A stretch of DNA of 64,000 nt from Octopus sinensis. Its lineage: Eukaryota. The DNA lies in assembly GCF_006345805.1 (NCBI RefSeq), contig NC_043017.1:9796001-9860000 (forward strand), written 5' to 3'. The notes beneath the pieces are model-generated. The model searched no databases and had not been told where the DNA came from. It saw only the letters and a program-made list of their open reading frames with translations. The translations under genes and the position numbers were made by a program. Shown in pieces: positions 37,701 through 49,525 of this stretch (position 1 is its first letter; each line of letters starts with the position of its first letter).

Positions 37701-38689
37701 TGGCAATTGGCATCAATTACAAGACCAACATGTCAATGGGATCGTTTCACTCTCTTTCTCCCTCCTGCCCCACCTAAACTCCACCCACACCCTCATGTCA
37801 TGAGATGCTCTATAAAAGAGACTTTATAACAGTGTGAAATTTTTTTTTATAGGACTTTTTTTTTTCCTTTTTATCTCTTCCTTTCCACACCCAGCAATCC
37901 TGTCAATATTCATTCTCTCTTTCATTCGGATAACATGTATCTATTAAACCATATATTCTGTGCTACAGAATATATGTATTGATTAAAAAAAGATTTTTTA
38001 GCCAATACTCTATGTATAGACAGATTTAAACACCATCTCTCTCTCTCTCTCTCTCTCTCCACGCACACACACACATATAATGTCAGGTATATGTTTAAGG
38101 CGGCGAGCTGGCAGAAACGTTAGCACGCCAGGCGAAATGCTTAGCAGTATTTCGTCTGCGTTACGTTGTGAGTTCAAATTCCGCCAAGGTCGACTTTGAC
38201 TTTCATCCTTTCGGGGTCGATAAATTAAGTACCAGTTACGCACTGGGGTCGATGTAATCGACTTAATACCTATGTCTGTCCTTGTTTGTCCGCTCTGTGT
38301 TTAGCCCCTTGTGGGTAATAAAGAAATAGGTATATGTTTGATATATAACATTGGTAGATCTAATAGTGTTACACTGTTTAAGCAATGTATTGATGGATGG
38401 TTAATGGGTTGGATGAAACTGAAGAAGGAACAGTGACTCCTGAAACATGTATATACACCCATCCCTTATTTTTCTGTCTTCAATAGCATTGTTTACATAG
38501 ACATATTTCTGGTTCAGGAATCTTATAATCATGAGTCTAACAACCTAACCACTAAGCCATGCACTTCTAGTTGCTACAGTGAAAACCCTGTTAAGTACAC
38601 CCAAGAACCAAGATGTGGTCTGACACCAGGTGATGATAGATTAACCGTCCACCACCCTTGTAGACGAAAATTATCAAAAACAAAACTGA

Positions 38690-39138
38690 ACAAACCGTGA
38701 CAGTTATTTTAGCCAAGTTACTGGAGATAAATTTACCCAAGTTACCCTCCATCAGACACCTACCATATTCTGAGCGCCTTGTTTCCCTGGGCATGGATTC
38801 ACTGCAGCTCCGGCGTCTGGCGACGGACTTGGTAAACACCCACAAAGTTATCAACCACCTCACCAATAACAACACTGAACACCTTTTTGATCTCCATGTG
38901 TCTAACACACGTGGACATGCCTACAAAGTCAGAAAACAACACAGCTCCCATGACTTTCGGAAACATTTCTTCACGCTCAGAGTTGCTGAAGCATGGAATA
39001 AACTGCCTGCGTCAGTTGTTGACTGCCATGACACTGCATCCTTTAAGGCCCTCATGCTTTCCGAAATCCGTCGAAACTACACCTGATTATATATGCACTT
39101 TAGATGAGTTGTAGTGCACCTGAGCACTGTACACAATG

Positions 39139-39170
<32 letters not shown>
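38690..39170 (+). mobile_element. CR1-clade LINE 3' end with (TTA)n tail in a GUK1 intron
   Basis: ORF LPYSERLVSLGMDSLQLRRLATDLV...TRGHAYKV...RKHFFTLRVAEAWNKLP. Confidence 0.88.
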
Positions 39171-39173
<3 letters not shown>

Positions 39174-39239
39174 ATGAACAAATCCAGATATATTACTTCT
39201 GTTACTCTGTCAAATTTTTTGATTTTCTTCCTCTTGCAG

Positions 39240-39281
39240 ATACCACAAGGAAACCACGGCCTGGAGAAGTCGATGGCAAAG
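39240..39281 (+). CDS. GUK1: GUK1 exon: HTTRKPRPGEVDGK
   Basis: ttgcag acceptor, G|gtaaga donor; guanylate kinase signature TTRxPRxGEVDG. Confidence 0.96.
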
Positions 39282-39776
39282 GTAAGACAAATTCTTTTCA
39301 GTATGGACACAGCGTACTGTCTGGCCAAACTGTTGTCTTCAACATCAGTAGGGAAAGTCAACTGGAATACAGCAGACCATTAGTGCCCAACCACTGGGTC
39401 TGAGACCAGTATGGGGCCATGGATCATTTGGTACCAGGTCACACAAAAAGAATATATTTGTTAATTTTATTTGTATCTTATTGACTAACACAGTCTGCAC
39501 GGAGTTCTTACATTATATATATATATATATATATAATATATATATATATTTATATATATATATATATGTATATATATAGGAAAAAAGCAACAAGAATGGA
39601 TCAATATATCGGTACAATTGTTTCGTTCGAAGACAATTGTACCGATATATTGATCCATTTTTGTTGCTTTTTTCCTATTTGTAATCACCCCACTTTGTCG
39701 TATGGTTAACACCATATAGACTTCTGGTGCATCCAAGTTAAGTACCATATTCACTTGAATCTTAATTGCTTAAACC

Positions 39777-39811
<35 letters not shown>

Positions 39812-39814
<3 letters not shown>

Positions 39815-40185
39815 GGTGCAGTTGGTATTTGAGGACAGATTTATGATTTTTTTTTTAAATGCTTATATAATAACAGAAGAAAATTGTATTTTTATAAAAA
39901 TAGAATAAAGATAAAGCTAAATAATCAGTTTAATAATTTCATCCAATAGAACCACCATAAGCATCAATAACTGCCTCTACGTGGGGGTGAAATTGTTTTC
40001 AAGCTTGGATTACGTGGTCCTTGTTCATATCAGGCATGACTTGAACTCTGGCAGCTTTCAAAGAATCTTTGATGCTATGAGGGTGTTCATTGACATTTTT
40101 CTTAATGATGTTCCATACATAGTAGTCCGGTGGACTGAAATCTGGAGAATTTGGAGGCCAAATGTTGGGGGAGATGTGATGAAAT
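39812..40185 (-). mobile_element. Tc1/mariner transposase C-terminal relic with TA|CAGGGTG terminus
   Basis: Minus translation WPPNSPDFSPPDYYVWNIIK; terminus abuts (TA)n. Confidence 0.7.
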
Positions 40186-40355
40186 TCCTAGGTCAAGGAT
40201 ACATTGTGCATCCTGTTCAGGAATTGAACCCATAATTTTATGATTGTAAGTCCAACATGCTAACTACCTGGCAAGATCAGGAAAAAGCCTGGATTTTACA
40301 AGAAAAATAAATTTTTGTTGATTACACACTATTGTAATATGAATATCTCTTTCAG

Positions 40356-40452
40356 ATTATCACTTTGTCACTCATAAAGAATTTGAAGAGATGATACAGA
40401 AAAAAAAGTTTTTGGAAAACGCTATGTTTTCTGGAAACTACTATGGTACAAG
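40356..40452 (+). CDS. GUK1: GUK1 exon: [33 protein letters not shown]
   Basis: ttcag acceptor, AG|gtgagt donor; DYHF and NYYGT motifs of the GMP-binding domain; phases 1/2 consistent. Confidence 0.96.
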
Positions 40453-40552
40453 GTGAGTAGATATCATCAGACAAAATGCAGAAAAAGTTCTCTTCATGAG
40501 AAAACGTCCTTTTTTATTGTTTTGCATTTACAACATTGCTACTGTGCTCCAA

Positions 40553-40941
40553 GTGGAGGCGCAATGGCCCAGTGGTTAGGGCAGCGGACTCGCGGTCATA
40601 GGATCACGGTTTCGATTCCCAGACCGGGCGTTGTGAGTGTTTATTGGGCGAAAACACCTAAAGCTCCACAAGGCTCCAGCAGGGGATGGTGGTGATCCCT
40701 GCTGTACTCTTTCACCACAACTTTCTCTCACTCTTACTTCCTGTTTCTGTTGTATCTGTATTTCAAAGGGTCAGCCTTGTCGCTCTCTGTGTCACGCTGA
40801 ATATCCCTGAGAACTACGTCAAGGGTACACGTGTCTGTGGAGTGCTCAGCCACTTACACGTTAATTTCACGAGCAGGCTGTTCCGTTGATTCGGATCAAC
40901 CGGAACCCTCGTCGTTGTAACCGACGGAGTGCTTCCCTCCT
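40553..40941 (+). mobile_element. SINE with family-D head and family-C tail; second copy at 63017-63400
   Basis: 13-bp TSD TACTGTGCTCCAA (40540-40552, 40942-40954); head shared with 15690-15960 and 30404-30705, tail shared with 29510-29680. Confidence 0.88.
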
Positions 40942-41454
40942 TACTGTGCTCCAAACAGTCTTTGCTAATTACTTTAATTTTAAGTTTTGCAATTAATACA
41001 ATGGCTTCTTTTTACATACTTTGTACTTTGCTTTTAAGATCTCAACCAAAAATTTAGGGTATGAAATGTTTTGGCACAGCCATTTGGGTGTCGCTTATTT
41101 GGTATTACTGATTTGATGCTGACTTATTTGACATTAGACTTTTTAACCCTTCAGCATTTAAACTGACCATGTCCAGTTCAAATATTCTATTTATTTTAGG
41201 TTTAAACTGGCCAGATCTTGCTTCTCTCACCTACCCTACAATGTCATTGTAAAAATATACACTCACATCATTGAAATCTGAAAATGATGAGATAATGCAT
41301 AATTAATTCAAAACAATGAGAATAAATAAACATTGAGAGAATCTAATGTAAAAATTAAAGGCTTTTAATGTTCCTCTCATTTTGATGTTTCTCTTGTTTC
41401 TGCTAGGCTATGTCAGCATCAAAAGCAGACATATAAAAATGATGGTGGTTGATT

Positions 41455-41645
41455 CTTCTTCTTCTTCTTCTTCTTCTTCTTCTGCTCTTCTTCTTCTTCC
41501 TCCTCCTCCTCCTTCTTCCTCCTCCTCCTCCTCTTCTTCTTCTTCCTCCTCTTCTTCTTCCTCCACCTCCTTCTTCCTCCACCTCCTTCTTCTTCTTCCT
41601 CCTCTTCTTCTTCTTCCTCCTCCTCCTCCCCCATCCCTCTTCCTC
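41455..41645. repeat. (CTT)n/(CCT)n polypyrimidine microsatellite upstream of the GUK1 exon at 41721
   Basis: Direct reading. Confidence 0.95.
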
Positions 41646-41720
41646 TTTGTACCAGACAAAGAAATCGAATTTTCTCATTTGTGTTTTGATTGTGATTTTT
41701 TTTCTTTTTCCTTGTTTCAG

Positions 41721-41859
41721 TAAAGCAGCAGTTGAAGAAATCCAAAAGACCGGACGAATATGTATTCTCGATGTAGAAATCAATGGTGTGAAAAGCATCA
41801 AAACAACTGGTTTGAATGCAAAATATATATTTGTACAGCCACCATCTATAGAAGCCCTG
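41721..41859 (+). CDS. GUK1: GUK1 exon: [46 protein letters not shown]
   Basis: tttcag acceptor, CTG|gtcagt donor; ICILDV and YIFVQPPS motifs; 139 nt, phases 2/0. Confidence 0.96.
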
Positions 41860-43158
41860 GTCAGTTGTACTTTTTGCTGTTTCTTTTTTCTTTATATTTT
41901 GTCTTTTATTTGTCTCACAATATAACACGTAGCCTTTACAATCTGCTACACGTTATATTGATCTCTGTTGTTAATTACTGGATGATTAAATTTGTTTTTT
42001 GCTATATGAGGAGGTGCTGGTCAATAGGAAGGATGTTTTACTTTGGACATGTTGACCACCCTGACATAATTGTCATCACATCAATAAGGAATTAGTGGCT
42101 GTGTGGTTAAGATGCTTGTTTTTCAAGCACATGGGTCCAAGTTCAGTCCCACCGTGTGGAATCTTGGACAAGTATCTTTTGCTATAGCCTCAGGCTGACC
42201 AATGCCTTGTGAGTGAATTTGGTAGGCAGAAACTAGAAGAACTGGTCAAGGGGTCATACTCATGCTTATAGGATCGTGATTTGAATTTCAACTTTTACTT
42301 CCTCTAAGCAATCGGGTTTGGTCGGCTTCTCTGGGCCATCAGAGAACGCACCGCTGATGGCGCAGAATGCCGCCGCATGTAAGCAGACTCATTGGCCAGA
42401 TCCGAGGACCTCACCGGACCGTTCGATCGGTGGTAGTGATGGGCGGTGTGAACAGAGGGCAGGGACGTGATCGATGCGGGCTGATGACCCACGCCTACCT
42501 GGAATTCCTTGTTCACGGGGTTAGTTCCAGGCCCCGATCCCTATCAGTTTCAATTTCCAGACTGGGCAAGGCATTGTGTTCTTGAGCGAAACGCTTCATC
42601 TCATGTTGCTGTGCGAACTCTTTAGTAATGTTGATTTGATGGAGGGAGTGAATTGATGTATGGCACAAACGTTTGACCACCATAAACGAATCATCTGTGC
42701 AGGTCATTCAGCAAGAAATTGCAGAATGGTCATCTGTTGTCTATGATAGGAGAGTCTACACATAAAAATTTATATATAAGTATATATGTGTGTGCGTTTG
42801 TGTTTATGTATGTGTTTGTGTGTCTTTAAGTGTGTGTGTGTGTGTTGGTGTCTGTGTTGATGTTGTATGATAGTTGTAAACGAAAGTCACTGACATATAA
42901 GCAGTGTCGTTTGTTTCCAATCTTTCATGGAAAACATGTCTGGTCATGTGGAAATATTACCTTGGTTGGAAACAGGTGAGGGTTGGCTACAGCAAGGGCA
43001 TCCAGCCATAGGAAATCTGCTTCAATAAAACCCTTTCTGATCCATGCAAGCATGGAAAAGTGGATATTGAAGCAACAATGATGGTAATGATGATGATCAC
43101 ACACACACACAGAGTGCTACCATTAATTACTAATTTAAATTATTTGGACTATTTCCAG

Positions 43159-43243
43159 GAAAAGAGACTGAGAGACAGAAAAACTGAAACTGAGGAATCC
43201 CTGCAGAAACGGTTGGATACAGCAAACGAAGCGTTAGATTATT
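43159..43243 (+). CDS. GUK1: GUK1 exon: EKRLRDRKTETEESLQKRLDTANEALDY
   Basis: tccag acceptor, T|gtaagt donor; LID-domain motif RLRxRxTETEESLxKRL. Confidence 0.96.
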
Positions 43244-43478
43244 GTAAGTATTTTGGTTCTTATTTGTTTGTTACAGATGGAGCTTGTTGTGATCACAGGA
43301 ATATAAATGCATTGGAATATAGATGTGTAGTTAAGAAGTGTCACTAGGCAACCATGAGGTCATGGGTTCAATTCCAGTGCGTGGTGCCTTGAGCAAGTGC
43401 CTTGGTTTGACTAATGATTGGAACTTAGTTGATGGAAACCAACCATGTGGAACTTAGTTCATGGAAACCAACCATGTA

Positions 43479-43894
43479 CAGTACTGGATTAACCATTAAG
43501 CAAAATAAGCACGTGTTTAGGGCATCAAGGGAAGGAGGGGGCACCACAGAAATGGTAAATAGTTGACGGCACAAATGAAATCACTTTAAACTTGCTGAAA
43601 TAATATTCGGGATGCCTTTATCTCTACCAAATAGAGATGTGATACCTAATAATTATTTTGAGGAACTGATCAAAGACTTTGCAATTCAAAAAAGTAGGAG
43701 GAAACTTTTCAAATATAAATAAAGTGGAAGTAGACAAAAATAAACATTATTTTCCCTCTGTTTTGCTTCGTTTTGGAAAATGAAAATTTATTTTCTGGTT
43801 TGTTATTGTTTATATTTTGAATTACATAATCTTTTATGGGGCCACCAAAATCTTTTAAGTGCTTAGGGCCTTGATGGGTCTTAATCCAGCCCTG
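43479..43894. mobile_element. Old hAT-like non-autonomous element
   Basis: Imperfect TIR CAGTACTGGATTAA / TTAATCCAGCCCTG; flanks share only ATGTA. Confidence 0.5.
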
Positions 43895-43965
43895 TGTATG
43901 TATGACAAAATCTTCCACAAAGATAACACATGAATGTTATGTTTTTGCCAAACAATCTGCACAGA

Positions 43966-44136
43966 GGCGCAGGAGTGGCTGTGTGGTAAGTAGCTTGCTA
44001 ACCAACCACATGGTTGCGGGTTCAGTCCCACTGCGTGGCATCTTGGGCAAGTGTCTTCTGCTATAGCCCCAGGCCGACCAATGCCTTGTGAGTAGATTTG
44101 GTAGACGGAAACTGAAAGAAGCCTGTCGTATATATG

Positions 44137-44167
<31 letters not shown>

Positions 44168-44370
44168 CTGTGTTTGTCCCCTTAGCATTGCTTGACAACC
44201 GATGCTGGTGTGTTTACGTCCCCGTCACTTAGCGGTTCAGCAAAAGAGACTGATAGAATAAGTACTGGGCTTACAAAAAGAATAAGTCCCGGGGTCGATT
44301 TGATCGACTAAAGGCGGTGCTCCAGCATGGCCACAGTCAAATGGCTGAAACAAGTAAAAGAGTAAGAGAG
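43966..44370 (+). mobile_element. tRNA-derived SINE family B, near full length; other copies at about 29161-29890, 7040-7200, 5340-5480, 50275-50770
   Basis: A/B-box head, central (TA/TG)n, multi-copy tail ending gaaacaagtaaaagag. Confidence 0.85.
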
Positions 44371-44616
44371 TGATCAAATGTTTGTGCTGCACATTAGCGC
44401 ATTAGTGATACGATTAGGCTGTGGCTCTTAACTGGTTTCAGTTCAAACGGAGACTTGCTACAATCTCTTAACCCCTCATCCATACCTACACCTGCTTAAT
44501 CGCACTGTCATATCTGCACTTGCTTAACCCCATAGTCATACTTTCACAAGTTTAATCCCACGTGATATGCCTGTGTAATAAGGGTTTTTAAAAAATGTTT
44601 TCTTTCTTTCTTTCAG

Positions 44617-44702
44617 CCAAGCAGCCCAGTGTCTATGACCATATAATTGTAAATGACAAATGTGATGAAGCTTATCAAAAGTTAAAAGAAGTTGTCCAAG
44701 AG
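44617..44702 (+). CDS. GUK1: GUK1 exon: SKQPSVYDHIIVNDKCDEAYQKLKEVVQE
   Basis: tttcag acceptor, GAG|gtaaga donor; DxIIVND motif; phases 1/0. Confidence 0.94.
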
Positions 44703-46112
44703 GTAAGATAACTGCACTCACCCTCAGAGTGAATTCTCTGTTTTGTAAAGTGTTCCTTTGGCCCCCCCTTGTCTTTCTTTAACTATTTTACAGATGATGA
44801 AAAACTTGCAATAGGTTTATTGGGCCTCTGAGTGCACACATGTTAAATATGGTTATACTCACATTTCATTCAGTGCTGCTTAGTGTATTTCATCATCATT
44901 ATTTAACGTCCGTTTTCTGCGCTAGCATGGGTTAGACGGTTCGACCGGGGTCTCGGAAGCCAGGAGGCTGCACCAGGCTCCAGTCTGATCTGGCAGTGTT
45001 TCTACAGCTGGATGCCCTTCCTAATGCCAACCACTCCGCGAGTGTAGTGTGTGCTTTTTACGTGCCACTGGCACAGAAGCCAGTCAAGGCGGCGCTGGCA
45101 TCGGCCACGCTCGGATGGTGCTTTTTACATGCCACTAATTAATTACAGCTTGACAAAGCTTTGTGCGCATCAGCAAATGTTCCAGTTGCTCTTCTTAGTG
45201 GCTATGAAGGATGACTTGGTATCTGTAGCTGATGATGTGTAATGACACAGAAACGCTTTGATGATGTCCAACACTTTAATCATGTCATTCATTGCCCATT
45301 CTTACATATTGTCCATAAGGAGAGTTTTTCTCTTCAGACAGTTTCTAGAGTGTCTGTCTTTTCATGCCTGGACATGTAAAATACAATCAAATTTAACATA
45401 GCACAAACACTTGGCTGTGTGTTTACAAGTTTGCTTCCCATCCACATGGTTCCAGGGTCAATCCTAATGCACGGCATCTACTATAGCTCTCTGAGCTGAC
45501 CATAGCTTTCTTAGTAAATTTGGTAGATACAAACTGAAAGAAGCTCATTGTATCATCATCATCATCATCATCATTTAACGTCCGTTTTCCATGCTAGTAT
45601 GGGTTGGACGGTTCGACCAGGGTCTGGTAAGCCATGCAGGCTGCACCAGGCTCTAGTCTGATTTGGCAGTGTTTCTACAGCTGGATGCCCTTCCTAACGC
45701 CAACCACTCCGTGAATGTAGTGGGTGTTTTTTACGTGCCACCGGCACAGGAGCCAGAGCAGGCTAGCAAACAACCACGATCAGTTGGTGCTTTTACGTGT
45801 CACATATATATATATATATATATACAAGCTTCTTTCAGTTTCTGTGAACTAAATCCACTCACAAGGCTTTGGTCGGCCTAGGTTATAGTAGAAGACCCTC
45901 GCCCAAGGTGTCATGCAGTGGGACTGAACCCAAAACCTTATGGTTGGAGACCATACTTCTTAACCACACAGCTATACTAACAACATGTTTTTCGTAATTA
46001 TTATGTTCTTCACTGTCGTTCCTTTATTGTTACCAACCACATTTTCATTGTCTTCTAAATTATTAATCAATTTTTTAAATTAATTACACTTATCTTTTGC
46101 TTTATTTCTCAG

Positions 46113-46133
46113 GACATCGAGAAACTCAAGTGA
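46113..46133 (+). CDS. GUK1: GUK1 terminal coding exon: DIEKLK-stop
   Basis: Pyrimidine tract plus ctcag acceptor, phase 0, TGA at 46131-46133, AT-rich 3' UTR follows; gives a 193-aa short isoform. Confidence 0.85.
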   Translation, partial: DIEKLK

Positions 46134-46767
46134 TTTTGATACCGTCACTCTGTCATCAAAGACCTACTCCAACAGTTTCATCAAATAATGAAAGAAAAAA
46201 AAACACAGAAATACATAAAAAACAGTACTTTACCATTTTTCTTTGAAGTAGGCATTTTTTTTTTCCAAAGAATTCAAATTTAATATCAAACCAGAAAAAA
46301 ATTAAGTTTCTTCTGAAATGAAATACTATTTTATTTTTAAAATCGTTGTAATTAATTTTCTGATTTTAATATTTGGGAGATAGAAAAAGCAATTGTGTAC
46401 ATTTCCAGCAATTTGTGTTTTTATTTTTTATTTTTTTACTGGTTTTTTTTTTTTTTCGGAGACTAGATGTAAATTTGTATTGGAAATCTTAAAATTTTAT
46501 CTACATTTTTGCACATGGACTGCACAAACATTTTGTCTTTATTTCTTCTTTATGTCTGAATGTGTATGTATTTGCATGTGTGTATATATATATATAAATA
46601 TATATATATATGTAGTAAAACAAAAAAGGAGATCTTATTTATATATTTAGCTACATCATCTTATATAATATATAATCAGCTACATATGGAAACTCTTGAT
46701 ATTATATGTATATATGTCTATATAAATTATAGTGCGATTTAGATATGAATCTCTCTGCGTATGTGTG

Positions 46768-46805
<38 letters not shown>

Positions 46806-46909
46806 TACATACATATATATATATATATAAGCGAACCATCCGAACGTGGCCGTTGCCATATATATATATATAATATATATATATAAGCGAACCATCCGAA
46901 CGTGGCCGT

Positions 46910-46951
<42 letters not shown>

Positions 46952-47821
46952 ATATACAGATATGCATACATACATACAAATTTATAAATATAGATATATA
47001 TTTAAATTTGTGTATGTGTATATGTATACATACGTGCATGCATCATTTAGACTGAACAATTTTTATCTTAGCTTATTACACACACACACACACACACATG
47101 TGTATACATGTTGTGTATACATATATATATATAAAACACTGTCCATAGAGTCATGCACTCAGAACTTCCACTTCAGCCGTTGTGTTCTGCTCCTGTGTAA
47201 AGCATCTCACTTTATTTGCTCCACATTCGCCTGTCTGACACACGTGCACACACGAACATGCTTCAGTCAGGTTGGTAGCCATATAGAGGGTATTGTCCAG
47301 CTATAAAACCAGTTGTTTCTTAACAAAACGAACATCACAGAAAACAGAAAAAGAAAATAGAAAACCAAATCTCTGATATAAAGCTTAGAAAAATGGATGC
47401 AAAAGTTAGAAGGAAATATATTGTTAAATCTATGGTGTTTTATCACTTTTTGTCTTAAGCAAGGATAATTTTTTTCTCCATGACAAACTGTTGTGAAAAG
47501 CTTTTACAGGTTCAAATATATGTCAAACATTACTGAAATGGTTTTGAGTTTATACAATCATAACCATATCATTATCTTATGATGATATATAATTGTAATT
47601 ATTTTCTATATCACATATATAGACAGATTTTTGTCGCAAAAGATGTTATTGTGTGTGGAGAATTATAATGAGCTTGGATGAAGTTTTTTTTTTTTGTTTA
47701 ATGAAATTATTTAACTTGATTAAGCTATAGTAATTCTCATCAGAGACATACAAAACTTGTTGAGAAAGGAAAGAGAAAAAGCCCAATAAATGGCCCTGCA
47801 GAAAATGTTGGGATATATATA

Positions 47822-47990
47822 TATAGGAGAGTTTATGAAAAAAACAAAAGACGAAGACAGGTGGTGTACAAAACAAACAGATGTATTAGTATAACGCTCA
47901 GGAATAGAAAAAGTCTTTTATGTTTCGAGCCTACGCTCTTCTACAGAAAGGGACACAGAACATACAAGGAGAGAAAAAAATGTGTGTAGT
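47822..47990 (-). mobile_element. (TA)n-embedded short repeat family with a hammerhead-like fold; copies at about 17420-17590 and 23516-23630
   Basis: Three homologous copies, each abutting (TA)n. Confidence 0.7.
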
Positions 47991-48119
47991 GGCTAATGCC
48001 ACCTGCTCGCATCTTTTTTTCCATCTTATAAGGGTAAATACTCAATCTTTCTCTGCTGTTCTTACAGTTTTACTGCATTCAAAATTTACTTTTTTCTCTT
48101 TGTAAAATATACGTTTGTG

Positions 48120-49122
48120 TCTATATATATATATATATACATATACACACACACATATATATATACATACACACATATATATATATCACATAAAAAGAAC
48201 CATCCGATTGTGGCTGATGCCAGCTCCCCTGGCCCCTGTGCCGGTGGCATGCAAAAAGGACTCACTACACTCTCAAAGTGGTTGGCATTAGGAAGGGCAT
48301 CAAGCTGTAGAAACATTGCCAGATCAGACTGGAGCCTGGTGCAGTCACTGGCTCTCCAGACCTCAGTCAAACTGTCCAACCCATGCCAGCATGGAAAACG
48401 AACATTAAGTGAAGATGATGCTATATACACACACACACACACACACACAACACACACACACACATAACATTCTGTGTACATCTTACTTAATGTAGATATG
48501 CTGAAGAAAGCCAGAAAACTGCTGTATTTGTCTAGTGAAAGCATCTCATATAAAAAGCACTGAAATATATCATGAGCAGACAAAAATCTTTCAGCAGCAG
48601 CATATTATTCTGTGCCTTTTAGAACTATATGTCTAGATGAGATGCTTTTTCAAGATGAATACAGCAGTTTTTTGGCTTTCTGCAGTATACCTACATTAAG
48701 TAAGATATGGAAAATGCTATTTTGAACTAATATTGCTTCCATCACTAACAACGAATACACGCACACACACACACACACACATATATATAAATGGCTATGC
48801 AGAAAATGTTGGAATGTATATATATATATATATATATATACATATACACACACACATATATATATACATACACACATATATATATATCACATAAAAAGAA
48901 CCATCCGATTGTGGCTGATGCCAGCTCCCCTGGCCCCTGTGCCGGTGGCATGCAAAAAGGACTCACTACACTCTCAAAGTGGTTGGCATTAGGAAGGGCA
49001 TCAAGCTGTAGAAACATTGCCAGATCAGATTGGAGCCTGGTGCAGTCACTGGCTCTCCAGACCTCAGTCAAACTGTCCAACCCATGCCAGCATGGAAAAC
49101 GAACATTAAGTGAAGATGATGC

Positions 49123-49158
<36 letters not shown>

Positions 49159-49525
49159 ACATTCTGTGTACATCTTACTTAATGTAGATATGCTGAAGAA
49201 AGCCAGAAAACTGCTGTATTTGTCTAGTGAAAGCATCTCATATAAAAAGCACTGAAATATATCATGAGCAGACAAAAATCTTTCAGCAGCAGCATATTAT
49301 TCTGTGCCTTTTAGAACTATATGTCTAGATGAGATGCTTTTTCAAGATGAATACAGCAGTTTTTTGGCTTTCTGCAGTATACCTACATTAAGTAAGATAT
49401 GGAAAATGCTATTTTGAACTAATATTGCTTCCATCACTAACAACGAATACACGCACACACACACACACACACATATATATAAATGGCTATGCAGAAAATG
49501 TTGGAATGTATATATATATATATAT
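48120..49525 (+). repeat. Near-identical direct tandem duplication, unit about 692-701 bp
   Basis: catccgattg at 48201 and 48902; atggctatgcag at 48791 and 49483; differences almost confined to microsatellite length. Confidence 0.93.

Noticed and set aside
41382-41928. Poly-Glu/Lys/Arg and poly-Ser/Pro ORFs
   Set aside because: (CTT/CCT)n repeat; only 41721-41859 is real GUK1 coding sequence
48086-49275. Duplicated 165/176-aa minus-strand ORFs resembling a tandem gene pair
   Set aside because: Made of RTE 3'-UTR sequence (MFLQLDALPNANH recurs throughout the window) plus microsatellite, within the tandem duplication
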